Counted from the first letter of the stretch, positions 41,728 through 50,859 are shown. The stretch: 64,000 bases of DNA from Candidatus Woesearchaeota archaeon (GCA_030156615.1 JASGME010000001.1:13881-77880), one strand, 5' to 3'. Numbers and translations are program-made. Notes: generated from the letters alone by a model not told the origin.

Positions 41728-42369
41728 TTATCTCAATAGACCAAATTCTTTATTCAATCTTTCTTTAAGTTCTTTTGAATCTTTAAACAAGATAGTCTTA
41801 AATCCATAATCCTTTGCTTTACTTATATTTCCCTCGTAATCATCTATAAAAAGAACCTCCTCTGGATTAATCTTATGTTTATTACAGATTTTGTTTAGGA
41901 TTTCAAAATCAAGTTTATTTTTCTCAATATCGCAAGAGAAGATTACATCATCAAATAAGGCATCTATTTCTAACTCTGACTTAATCTGTTTTACTGTAGT
42001 AATATCCATATTGGATAACAAAATCTTTGTAATCTTAATTTCCTTTATGATCTCGATCATATAATAATCAATCATAAGATTTTTTTGATTGTTTCTTGCA
42101 AGAACACGCCAACCTATATTTAACTCTGTAACTTCTGATAACTTAGTCCAAAATTCTTTCTCACTAATTCTGTTTTTGTCAAATTCAGACTTATACTCTT
42201 TGAAGAAAGATTCAACTTTGCTTGGACAACCTCTGTTTAGAGATACAAACTTATCAAAATGCTCAATATCAAAATGACCAATAACATCTCCAAAATCAAA
42301 TATAACTGCTTTTATCTTCGCAAAATAAAGTAATAATTGTAGCTTAATAATTCTTTCTAAAATAATCAA
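41728..42369 (-). CDS. HAD-superfamily hydrolase-like protein with a non-canonical motif I
   Basis: Motif I reads AVIFDFGDVIG (D-F-G-D instead of D-x-D-G). Motif III/IV-like segments are LLSNMD and FIDDYEGN. Confidence 0.45.
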   Translation of the reverse strand: MIILERIIKLQLLLYFAKIKAVIFDFGDVIGHFDIEHFDKFVSLNRGCPSKVESFFKEYKSEFDKNRISEKEFWTKLSEVTELNIGWRVLARNNQKNLMIDYYMIEIIKEIKITKILLSNMDITTVKQIKSELEIDALFDDVIFSCDIEKNKLDFEILNKICNKHKINPEEVLFIDDYEGNISKAKDYGFKTILFKDSKELKERLNKEFGLLR

Positions 42370-42370
42370 T

Positions 42371-43360
42371 TTATTTTATCCTTTCTGTTTCAGTTTTAAT
42401 CTCGTGAGAATTCTCAACTAGTATTGCATTAATCTTATGTATTTTGTTATTAATCTCTATTTTACCTATTTCATATTTTATCACATTATTCTTAATAGAA
42501 GATATCTTCTTAATCAGAGACATTTCCCACTGCAAAATATCAAAATTGTCATTCGGCACAACATATGTTTCTACAGTTGAACCTTCATATTTTTTATAAG
42601 GCCTGTCATAAAAACCAAACTGATCATACAAAATGTCTCCACAGAGATAAATCTCTTTCGCTACAAGACCAAGTTCTTCAAGAACATATTTCTTTGCGAT
42701 TTCTTTTATTTCCTTCTGATTTTCATACAATCTCTTTTTTGGCTTAAGCTCATCTGAATGACTGGAGTCATTAATGCATATTATTTTCCATTTCTCTTCA
42801 GAGAATTCTAAGATGTTGATGCATGAATTATCTTGTTTGATATCTATAAATTCATCTTTCTCCCGTCTTTGTGAGAGATTAATAAGTACTGAGTTTGCTC
42901 CGGAATGTGCAACAATTGCAATTACACCATTCTCTTTTTCCAACTCTTTTAAGAATGATTTTAACCTTTTTATAAGATCCCAGATGTTTTCTCCTCCAAA
43001 AGGCCTTATATCATACTTTGACATTCCAGAATTCAACAAACGCATATATTCTTCAATCCATTTTTCTGATGAAGGCTTTACTCTTCCGTGCTGGTACTCA
43101 CGTAATCTTTTATCTTCTATTATTGGTAAGCCTGTTCTCCTGCTTATAATCTCTGCAGTCTGCTTTGCCCTAGTGAAATCACTCGAGAATAGTTTATCAA
43201 ATTTTATGTTTTTTATTCTGTTTGCAAGCCTCTCTGCCTGCATGATTCCAGTTTGATTTAATGGTTCTTCCTTTGGTTGATCATCGTCATCGCTGCTCTT
43301 TATGTTGTGATTCGTTTCGCCATGTCTCATAAGATAGATTTTCAATGCCATTTCATTCAT
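42371..43360 (-). CDS. Histidine phosphatase (phosphoglycerate mutase family) fused to an uncharacterised C-terminal domain of about 120 aa
   Basis: RHG motif is IYLMRHGETNHN. The second catalytic His is in VAHSGA. The C-terminal half has no recognisable motif. Confidence 0.55.
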   Translation of the reverse strand: MNEMALKIYLMRHGETNHNIKSSDDDDQPKEEPLNQTGIMQAERLANRIKNIKFDKLFSSDFTRAKQTAEIISRRTGLPIIEDKRLREYQHGRVKPSSEKWIEEYMRLLNSGMSKYDIRPFGGENIWDLIKRLKSFLKELEKENGVIAIVAHSGANSVLINLSQRREKDEFIDIKQDNSCINILEFSEEKWKIICINDSSHSDELKPKKRLYENQKEIKEIAKKYVLEELGLVAKEIYLCGDILYDQFGFYDRPYKKYEGSTVETYVVPNDNFDILQWEMSLIKKISSIKNNVIKYEIGKIEINNKIHKINAILVENSHEIKTETERIK

Positions 43361-43380
43361 ATTAATTTAAGTTGATATCA

Positions 43381-44070
43381 TTAATCCTGTTCTTTATCAG
43401 TTCCTTCAGCACATACTTCTCTATTGTATGATGATAGAGTTAACAAATGAGTACAATCATTTACTCTTGAGTCTCTTACTTTTCCATTGTCAACTTCAAA
43501 ATAAGAGATTGAGCAATTCTCTAAATTAAAATATGCCATTTCTTTCATATGCAACTGAAACATACGTAGTATCAACAACCTGAAAAAAATACCATGTCCT
43601 ATTAAAAGCACAGTATCGTTAGAATGTTCTCTTTTAAGAGATTCCAAAAAAGATTGTGCTCTTTTTTCAACATCAAAATAATTTTCTCCATTTTCTGGTC
43701 TGAATTGGTAATCTTTTAGTCCTGATAATTTTAGTGCTTCTTTATATTCCTCATGATTCCTGAATTTTCCAATGCTTCGTTCATTAATCTCTTGAGTAAA
43801 GATAATTTTTGGATCTACAATAAAGGGTTTTATATATTCTAATGTTTCTCTTGCCCGCTCAAGTTTGCTACAATAAATAAAATCTATCTTCTTATCCTTA
43901 AAAAACAAGCCTGCTCTTTTTGCCTGCTCTATGCCCGTGTTGCTCAGACCAGCATTAAGAGTTCTTCCTGAATTTTGGGAAATCTTCTCCCCATGTCTAA
44001 CAAGGTATAATTTCATTGTCATAATAAGCCTCCAATTTTTTCTTAATACTCTTCTTCGTCTGTTCTCCAA
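43381..44070 (-). CDS. Histidine phosphatase (phosphoglycerate mutase family)
   Basis: LYLVRHGEKI is followed by LIGHGIFFR. The likely true start is the internal MKLY, avoiding overlap with the Kae1 stop. Confidence 0.6.
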   Translation of the reverse strand: MENRRRRVLRKNWRLIMTMKLYLVRHGEKISQNSGRTLNAGLSNTGIEQAKRAGLFFKDKKIDFIYCSKLERARETLEYIKPFIVDPKIIFTQEINERSIGKFRNHEEYKEALKLSGLKDYQFRPENGENYFDVEKRAQSFLESLKREHSNDTVLLIGHGIFFRLLILRMFQLHMKEMAYFNLENCSISYFEVDNGKVRDSRVNDCTHLLTLSSYNREVCAEGTDKEQD

Positions 44071-45041
44071 TAAGGTCTTATTCCAGTTTCAGATATGGTT
44101 TGTCTCTTCCCTCTTAAATACTCTAATATCCCAAGCCATGCAATCATAGCCCCATTATCTACATTAAACTGATTCTCAAGGAAATATGCCTTCGCACCCC
44201 TCTCTGTTGCCATTTTTTCAGCCATCTCTTGAAGACGCTTATTGCAGGCAACACCTCCTCCTAACAGTAATTCATTCTTTCTGCAATGAGCCATAGCCCT
44301 CTCGCTAACCTCTATAAGCATAGCAAAAACAGTTTCTTGCATACTATAGCACAAATCTTCAATCTTGTACATCCCAGAATCATACTTTTGCTTTAGATTT
44401 GTTAATATTCCTCCAAAGCTTACATCCATTCCCTTTACAACATATGGAAGCATAATATAGTTATCGCTTTGCTTTGCTAAAGCCTCTATCTTTGGCCCAC
44501 CGGGGAAGCCAAGTTTAATGTATCTTGCAAAGGCATCAATAAAATTTCCTACTCCAATGTCCAAGGATTCGCCAAAAATCCTGTACCTGTTTGATTCAAA
44601 GGCAATTATTTGAGTATTTGCTCCGGAAGCATAAAGCAATACAGGATCCTTTGCTTCCGTGAGCGCCTTACCTATCTCTAAATGAGCAATGCAATGATTG
44701 ACTCCAATAATAGGAATCTTGTACTTGAGAGCAAGCGACCTAGCAATTATTGCTCCAACTCTTAGACAATGTCCCATCCCCGGCCCCTGAGAAAAAGAAA
44801 TCAATCCAATATCTTTCATCGATAAATTTGCTTTTGTTAATGCTTCCCTAATTATTTCTTCAGCATTTTTAATATGAAAATCTGCAACTTTGGCAGGGAT
44901 CATCCCTTCCTGTTCTGTTGAATATGCCCTTCTTACATTTGCAAGAATTCTCTTGTCTGAATCTACTATGCCTATCCCAAAGGTATGAGCTGTTGATTCA
45001 ATCCCAAAGGCTATTAAAGGCTTCATCTCCTCATCTTTCAT
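44043..45041 (-). CDS. kae1: tRNA N6-threonylcarbamoyladenosine synthase Kae1/TsaD family (stand-alone, no Bud32 fusion)
   Basis: IAFGIESTAHTFGIGIV is the N-terminus. Metal-binding is VNHCIAHLE. SQGPG and GGVACN motifs are present. Length is 332 aa. Confidence 0.85.
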   Translation of the reverse strand: MKDEEMKPLIAFGIESTAHTFGIGIVDSDKRILANVRRAYSTEQEGMIPAKVADFHIKNAEEIIREALTKANLSMKDIGLISFSQGPGMGHCLRVGAIIARSLALKYKIPIIGVNHCIAHLEIGKALTEAKDPVLLYASGANTQIIAFESNRYRIFGESLDIGVGNFIDAFARYIKLGFPGGPKIEALAKQSDNYIMLPYVVKGMDVSFGGILTNLKQKYDSGMYKIEDLCYSMQETVFAMLIEVSERAMAHCRKNELLLGGGVACNKRLQEMAEKMATERGAKAYFLENQFNVDNGAMIAWLGILEYLRGKRQTISETGIRPYWRTDEEEY

Positions 45042-45105
45042 AATGTTTTAATAGAACTATAAAAAACTTTTTAACTTTCTTAAATCTTTATGTTGAAAGA
45101 TTAGA

Positions 45106-45180
45106 TGGACCCTGGGGGATTTGAACCCCCGACCTTTCGGTTAAGAGCCGAACGCTCTAACCAAACTGAGCTAAGAGTCC
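45106..45180 (-). tRNA. tRNA-Lys (anticodon CTT), with encoded CCA
   Basis: Reverse complement is ggactct ta gctc agtttggtta gagc g ttcgg ctCTTaa ccgaa aggtc ggggg ttcaaat ccccc agggtcc a cca. All four stems pair. Confidence 0.8.
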
Positions 45181-45315
45181 GCTTCTTAGGCAAGCCCAAT
45201 CAGTTTAAATATTTTTTCTTTCATTTTATATATCCTGTAAAAAGACGAATTCCAAAAGGAGTTAAGTTTATAAAAAGGATAATTTTATAATTGAGCACTA
45301 TTAAACCAGATTACA

Positions 45316-46329
45316 ATGGATATTCAGGAAAAATTTAATCTAATAACAAGGAATTTGCAGGAAATAATAACAAAGGATGAACTAGAAGAATTGCTAAAAA
45401 CAAAAAAAGAGCTCTCCGTTTATTGGGGGACTATGCCTACAGGAAGCATCTCAATTGCATATTTCTTTCCTATGTTGAAGATAGCTGATTTCTTGAAGGC
45501 AGGATTAAAAGTTAAGATTCTAATAGCAGATTTACATGCTGCATTAGACGGAGTTCCTTTTGATTTGTTAGAAAAAAGAACGGCATACTATAAAAGAGCA
45601 ATCATCCTTATTCTGGAAACAATTGGAGTAGATATCAAAAAATTGGAATTCGTTAGAGGAAGAGATTTCCAATTGAACGGAAAATATTTTGAAGATGTTT
45701 TAAAATTGGCTATGGTTTCTAATGTAAGAAATTGCAAAAAGGCAGCATCAGAAGTAGTTAAAATGGCTGAAAATCCATTGCTTGGAAATCTCATCTATCC
45801 TATAATGCAAGCTTTAGATGAGGAATATCTTCAGGTAGATATTCAATATGGTGGATTAGATCAAAGAAAGGTAATGGTTTATGCTAGAGAGAATCTTCCA
45901 AAAATAGGATACAAACCAAGGATAGAATTAATTACTCCGATGATAAGAGGATTAATCGGAGAAAAAATGAGTTCCAGTATTGAATCAACTAAAATTGATT
46001 TGCTTGATGATGAAAATACCCTCAGGAGGAAGATAAACAAAGCAGAATGCATAGAAGGAAATCCAAATAACGGGATAATGTCTCTTTTGAAATATTTGAT
46101 TATGGTTTTAAAGGAAGATGCAAAAGAAAGTTTTATCGTTGAAAGACCTGAAAAGTTCGGAGGAACTGTTGAATACAGCAGTTATGAAGAGATTGAAGAT
46201 GATTTTGTATCAAAGAGGTTACACCCGCTTGATTTGAAGAATGCTGTTGCTAAAGAGTTGAATACTCTACTAGAAAGAATCAGGAACGATAAAGAACTTC
46301 TAGATATTCATAAAAAGGCCTATGAATGA
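45316..46329 (+). CDS. tyrS: Tyrosyl-tRNA synthetase (archaeal short type) with a degenerate HIGH motif
   Basis: The KMSSS motif reads GEKMSSSIES. A2-like motif is ILIADLHAAL. The HIGH position reads PTGSISIAYF, where HLGH(Y) is replaced by SIAY(F). Confidence 0.7.
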   Translation: MDIQEKFNLITRNLQEIITKDELEELLKTKKELSVYWGTMPTGSISIAYFFPMLKIADFLKAGLKVKILIADLHAALDGVPFDLLEKRTAYYKRAIILILETIGVDIKKLEFVRGRDFQLNGKYFEDVLKLAMVSNVRNCKKAASEVVKMAENPLLGNLIYPIMQALDEEYLQVDIQYGGLDQRKVMVYARENLPKIGYKPRIELITPMIRGLIGEKMSSSIESTKIDLLDDENTLRRKINKAECIEGNPNNGIMSLLKYLIMVLKEDAKESFIVERPEKFGGTVEYSSYEEIEDDFVSKRLHPLDLKNAVAKELNTLLERIRNDKELLDIHKKAYE

Positions 46330-46400
46330 AAAATCTAAAAGCTTATTCTATCATATGATACAAATCCGTAAATTTTATAAACAATATCTAAATCCTTAGA

Positions 46401-46823
46401 TTGTGTGAGGAAGGGAGAGAGAATATTGCTGCATTCATCAAAGAAGGCAGTGATTTTCTTAGGGGAAAAATGAAAAAGATAAAACCCCTTATGCCGTCTG
46501 AAAGGGAAAAAAAGAGATATCTTGTTTTAGAGTGTATCTCTGAGCAGAAGTTTGATTTTCCTGAGTTGCAATCCGCATTAACTCAGGCAGTCAGAGATTA
46601 TATCGGATTGCTGGGAGAAGCAGGAGCTGGAATCTTTTTCCTTAAAAACAGTTTTGAAATGCAAAATCAAAGGTTTATTATAAAAGTTAGAAATAATTAT
46701 GTTGATGAACTGTTGGGCAGTCTTGCTCTTTTGGATAATATAAACGGAAACAGAGTGATAATGAGAAGCATATTTTGCTCAGGAACTCTTCATAAAGCAA
46801 AGGAAAAGTTAATTAATAGTTGA
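46401..46823 (+). CDS. RNase P protein subunit Pop5 (Rpp14/RNP2)
   Basis: REKKRYLVLECI matches the Pop5 RYIVFE signature. It occupies the conserved position upstream of proteasome alpha. The real start is probably the internal MKKIKP. Confidence 0.55.
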   Translation: MCEEGRENIAAFIKEGSDFLRGKMKKIKPLMPSEREKKRYLVLECISEQKFDFPELQSALTQAVRDYIGLLGEAGAGIFFLKNSFEMQNQRFIIKVRNNYVDELLGSLALLDNINGNRVIMRSIFCSGTLHKAKEKLINS

Positions 46824-46857
46824 TAAAAACATAATAAAAAATAAAGAAGGTGTTAAG

Positions 46858-47595
46858 ATGGAAGACTTAGCTGAACAACAAATGATGGGATACGATAGGG
46901 CAATTACTTTATTTAGCCCTGATGGAAGGCTTTTGCAGGTTGAATATGCAAAGAAAACAGTTAAACAGGGATCAAGTGCAATCGGGATTGTTGCATCCGA
47001 TGGTGTAGTCCTTGTTACAGATAAAAGAATTTTTGATACGCTAATTGTACCTAATTCTGTAGAGAAAATATTTAAGATTGATGATCATATGGGGGCTACA
47101 GCAGCAGGGATCATCTCTGATGCGAGGGTTCTTATTGAGAGAGCTCAGTTGAAAGCACAACAATATCGTGTTACATACGACTCTCCAATCGAAACATCGC
47201 TTGTTGTGAAGGATCTATGTTCTCTGATGCAGGTTTGTACTCAGTCAGGAGGTCTTAGGCCTTTTGGGGTTTCGCTGCTCGTCATAGGAGTTGATGAGGA
47301 TGGTCCAAAACTATACGAAACGGATCCTGCTGGGATATTTTTCAGATATAAAGCGACAGCAATAGGCGAAGGGGAATCAGTAATTGAAGAAATATTGCAT
47401 AAAGAATACTCAGATAATATGAATATAAAGCAAGCTATTAACTTAGGCATAAGGGCTTTGGCAAAAGCAGCTGATCATGGATTCAATGCGGACAGGCTTG
47501 ATTGTGCTTATATAACAACAAAGGATAAGAACCTTGTCGTAATGAGCAAAGAAGAAGTAGAGGATGCATTCAAGCAAGCAACGGCAAAGCATTGA
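46858..47595 (+). CDS. psmA: Proteasome subunit alpha
   Basis: GYDRAITLFSPDGRLLQVEYAKK is the alpha-subunit signature. Confidence 0.9.
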   Translation: MEDLAEQQMMGYDRAITLFSPDGRLLQVEYAKKTVKQGSSAIGIVASDGVVLVTDKRIFDTLIVPNSVEKIFKIDDHMGATAAGIISDARVLIERAQLKAQQYRVTYDSPIETSLVVKDLCSLMQVCTQSGGLRPFGVSLLVIGVDEDGPKLYETDPAGIFFRYKATAIGEGESVIEEILHKEYSDNMNIKQAINLGIRALAKAADHGFNADRLDCAYITTKDKNLVVMSKEEVEDAFKQATAKH

Positions 47596-47605
47596 GGGAT
47601 AAAAA

Positions 47606-48340
47606 ATGGTGCCTTTTTTTGGAGAAAAAGAACGGGCAGAATTCAACTTGGCTCGTGTAAAGGACAATGGACTTAACTTTGAGGTTGTTATTATCCCCGA
47701 GAAGGCAGTGGCATTGAAGGAGAAATATAGTGAAGGGGAGGCCCCTGAAGAATCTGAATTGCTGGATGCTCTTCAAAGTGTTAAAGTTTTTAAAGATGCT
47801 CAAAAGGGATTGCTTTCGTCTTCTGAGGATATGAAGAAGATTTTTGGAACAGATGAGGAAGAGAAAGTAGCATTGGAAATCATTAAAACAGGAGAAATCC
47901 AACTTACTTCTGAACAGCGCAAAGAAATTCGTGAGAGAAAAAGAAACCAGATAATTGATTATATTGTAAAGAATGCAATAGATCCACGTTCAGAACTTCC
48001 TCATCCAAGAGCAAGGATTGAGGCGGCAATGGAAGAGGCAAAGGTAAGGATTGATGAATTCAAACCTGTAAAGGAGCAGATTCCAAAGATAATAAAAGAA
48101 TTGAATCCAATAATCCCATTATCTTTTAGGATTACGAGAGCAAAAATTCTCGTTCCTCCTTCTCATACGGGGAAGATTTATAGCTATCTGAAGAAGTTTG
48201 AAGAATTAAAGAAAGAGGATTGGCTCGATGATGGAAGCCTGATGGTCGAGATAGAGATCCCAGTAGCAGGATTCCCTGATCTCGTAGATTCTTTAAATGA
48301 TATGACTAAAGGTGAGGTAGAGATTAAAAGAATAGATTGA
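47606..48340 (+). CDS. SBDS-family ribosome maturation protein
   Basis: N-terminal FYSH-domain pattern (ARVKDNGLNFEVVI) and its conserved position in the exosome superoperon. Confidence 0.75.
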   Translation: MVPFFGEKERAEFNLARVKDNGLNFEVVIIPEKAVALKEKYSEGEAPEESELLDALQSVKVFKDAQKGLLSSSEDMKKIFGTDEEEKVALEIIKTGEIQLTSEQRKEIRERKRNQIIDYIVKNAIDPRSELPHPRARIEAAMEEAKVRIDEFKPVKEQIPKIIKELNPIIPLSFRITRAKILVPPSHTGKIYSYLKKFEELKKEDWLDDGSLMVEIEIPVAGFPDLVDSLNDMTKGEVEIKRID

Positions 48341-48351
48341 GGATGATATAA

Positions 48352-49059
48352 ATGAGTGAGATAAAGATAAAGAATAAGGACATTGTTGTTCCAGGCGAAG
48401 AACTTGCCGAGGGAATGGATTTCATTCCGTCTGGTGCAGCATACAGGGTAAAAGACAAGATATTTTCAAACAGGGTTGGATTAGTACAGGTTGATGGGAG
48501 GATTGTTAAGGTAATTCCTCTCAATGGAAAGTATAATCCAGAGAGAAACGATGTAGTTATAGGTAAGATTGTTGATATTCTTATGTCTGGTTGGAGAATA
48601 GACTTAATTTCTCCATACGAAGGTGTTTTGAATATAAGAGATGCTTCTGACAGATTCATTAAGAAAGGAGAGGATCTAACAAGATTCTTTCAGATAGGGG
48701 ACTGGATTATGGCTAAGGTTACAAATGTAACAACACAAAAGCTCGTTGATTTAACTACTAAGGGCTACGGCCTAGGAAAACTTGAGCCCGGAAGAATCAT
48801 TAAGGTTTCTCCGTATAAAGTGCCTAGGATAATCGGCAAAAAAGGATCTATGATGAGAATGATTACAAAGGCAACTGACTGCAAGATTAATGTTGGACAG
48901 AACGGTATTATTTGGATTTCAGGAAGTCCAGATCAAGAAATTCTTGTTGCAAAAGTTATAAAATTGATTGAAGAAGAAGCTCATATATCTGGCTTGACAG
49001 CAAGAATTAAAGAGTTTCTTGAGAAAGAAACAGGAAAGAAAATAGAAGAAGGTGATTAA
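48352..49059 (+). CDS. rrp4: Exosome complex RNA-binding subunit Rrp4 (S1 + KH)
   Basis: N-terminal domain is VVPGEELAEG. An S1 fold is followed by a KH motif IIGKKGSMMRMI. Confidence 0.8.
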   Translation: MSEIKIKNKDIVVPGEELAEGMDFIPSGAAYRVKDKIFSNRVGLVQVDGRIVKVIPLNGKYNPERNDVVIGKIVDILMSGWRIDLISPYEGVLNIRDASDRFIKKGEDLTRFFQIGDWIMAKVTNVTTQKLVDLTTKGYGLGKLEPGRIIKVSPYKVPRIIGKKGSMMRMITKATDCKINVGQNGIIWISGSPDQEILVAKVIKLIEEEAHISGLTARIKEFLEKETGKKIEEGD

Positions 49060-49061
49060 GT

Positions 49062-49778
49062 ATGAGTTATGATAAAAGAGTTGATGGTAGGGGTTTTGAT
49101 GAATTAAGGAAGATGGAGGCAAAGGTAGGAGTCATTCCTAGAGCAGATGGAAGTGCTTATTTTAGTATGGGAGGAACATCAGCTTATGCAGCTGTTTATG
49201 GTCCAAGGCAAACATATCCTAAGTTTTTACAGGATCCTTCAAAAGGAGTATTGAGGTGTCATTATGCTATGATGCCTTTCTCAGGAGCTGGAGACAGGGT
49301 AAGGCCTGGTCCTAACAGAAGAGCGAAAGAAATTTCTCTTGTTACAACTAATGCATTGCTTCCAGCGATAGATCTGCACGAGTTTCCAAATGCAATCGTT
49401 GATGTCTTTATTTCGTTGCCAGAAACAGATGCGGGATCAAGATGTGCAGGCATCTGCGCTGCATCACTTGCTCTTGCTGATGCAGGTATTCCAATGACTG
49501 AGTTAGTTGGAGCCGTTGCTGTTGGAAGGGTTGATGATAAAGTTGTTGTAGATTTATGTTATGATGAGGAAGCATATGAAGAAGGAGAAGTTGCAGACAT
49601 CCCTGTTGCGATGCTCTATAACAAAGGAGAGATTAGCTTGCTTCAGATGGATGGGAAAATCTCGAAGGATATGTTATTGGAAGCATTAGAAAGGGCTAAG
49701 AAAGCCTTAACTTTCATCCATGATGTGCAGGTAAAGGCATTGAAGGAAAGATTCAAACAGGTTGAAAATATAGAATAA
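49062..49778 (+). CDS. rrp41: Exosome complex exonuclease Rrp41 (RNase PH family)
   Basis: RVDGRGFDELR and GSAYFSMGGT are present, with a phosphate-binding RNase PH signature. Confidence 0.85.
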   Translation: MSYDKRVDGRGFDELRKMEAKVGVIPRADGSAYFSMGGTSAYAAVYGPRQTYPKFLQDPSKGVLRCHYAMMPFSGAGDRVRPGPNRRAKEISLVTTNALLPAIDLHEFPNAIVDVFISLPETDAGSRCAGICAASLALADAGIPMTELVGAVAVGRVDDKVVVDLCYDEEAYEEGEVADIPVAMLYNKGEISLLQMDGKISKDMLLEALERAKKALTFIHDVQVKALKERFKQVENIE

Positions 49779-49779
49779 G

Positions 49780-50574
49780 GTGATTATGATGAATGATACA
49801 GGAAAGGCTTATTTTTTAAAAATTTTAAATGCAGGATTCAGATTAGATGATAGGAAAAGCGATGAATTTAGAAAACTGAAGATTATTAGAGGATGTTCAA
49901 AGACAGCAGAGGGTTCTGCAGAATTGTTTTTGGGAGAAACACATGTAATTGCAGGTGTTAAATTTAGTATTGAAGTTCCTTTCCCTGATACGCCTGATGA
50001 AGGGGTTCTTATGGTGAATGTTGAACAGTCGCCAGTCGCGTCTCCAGAATTTGAGGAAGGACCTCCAACTATTGAAGCTATTGAACTTTCAAGGGTCGTT
50101 GATAGGGGTTTAAGAGAATCAAAGGCTATTGATTTAAAGGGTCTCTGTATAACTCCTGGAGAGAAGGTATGGTCTGTTTCAGTTGATATTGTTACTCTTA
50201 ACGATGATGGAAATCTTTTAGATGCCTGCGGATTGGCTGCTCTTGCCGCTCTTCAGGATGCAAGATTCCCTAAGGTTGTGGATGGAAAACCAGATTATCA
50301 TGAGCTTACAGAAGAAAAGCTTGTTCTCAGCGAACTTCCAATACCAGTAACGGTATATAAGTATGGTGAATCACTAATTATTGATCCGCTTCATGAAGAG
50401 GAAGTGTTAGCAGATGCAAGGCTTACTGTTACAACCTTATCTTCTGGCGAAATATGTGCATTGCAGAAGGGATTTGATGGAACTCTTAGCATAGATTCTA
50501 TTGATAAGATGATTGAATTATCTCTAAAGAAAAGCAAAGAGCTTAGGAGTGAACTTAAGAAGGAGCTTAATTGA
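49780..50574 (+). CDS. rrp42: Exosome complex subunit Rrp42 (inactive RNase PH-like)
   Basis: RLDDRKSDEFR and GSAELFLGETHV are present, in the conserved position after Rrp41. Confidence 0.8.
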   Translation: MIMMNDTGKAYFLKILNAGFRLDDRKSDEFRKLKIIRGCSKTAEGSAELFLGETHVIAGVKFSIEVPFPDTPDEGVLMVNVEQSPVASPEFEEGPPTIEAIELSRVVDRGLRESKAIDLKGLCITPGEKVWSVSVDIVTLNDDGNLLDACGLAALAALQDARFPKVVDGKPDYHELTEEKLVLSELPIPVTVYKYGESLIIDPLHEEEVLADARLTVTTLSSGEICALQKGFDGTLSIDSIDKMIELSLKKSKELRSELKKELN

Positions 50575-50584
50575 GGTGATTTTA

Positions 50585-50842
50585 ATGGCTGAAAAGAAAA
50601 CTTCAAAGAAGGGCACAAAGAAGAACAGTATTGATAGTAATAAAAAAGATGTGAAGAGTCTGACAAAGTACGAGTATTCAAGATTGATTGAGGCAAGGGC
50701 TTTGCAGATTGCAGACGGCGCTCCATTCTTTGTTACTCTTAGCGAAGAAGAGCTTAAGAAGATAAAATATAATCCGATTATGATTGCTGAGATGGAATAT
50801 GAACAAGGGAAGCTTCCTATAAAAATCAAAAGAAATGAATGA
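50585..50842 (+). CDS. rpoK: DNA-directed RNA polymerase subunit K (Rpo6/omega-like) with a Lys-rich N-terminal tail
   Basis: YEYSRLIEARALQIADGAPFFV matches the RpoK core (RFEKARIIGARALQIAMGAP). The start is taken at the internal Met after the Rrp42 stop. Confidence 0.7.
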   Translation: MAEKKTSKKGTKKNSIDSNKKDVKSLTKYEYSRLIEARALQIADGAPFFVTLSEEELKKIKYNPIMIAEMEYEQGKLPIKIKRNE

Positions 50843-50859
50843 TCCTTTTTTAATTCTCT

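Noticed and set aside
45105-45290. 61-aa plus-strand ORF starting inside the tRNA-Lys gene
   Set aside because: It overlaps the antisense of a well-folding tRNA and continues into AT-rich spacer. It has no motif and is spurious.
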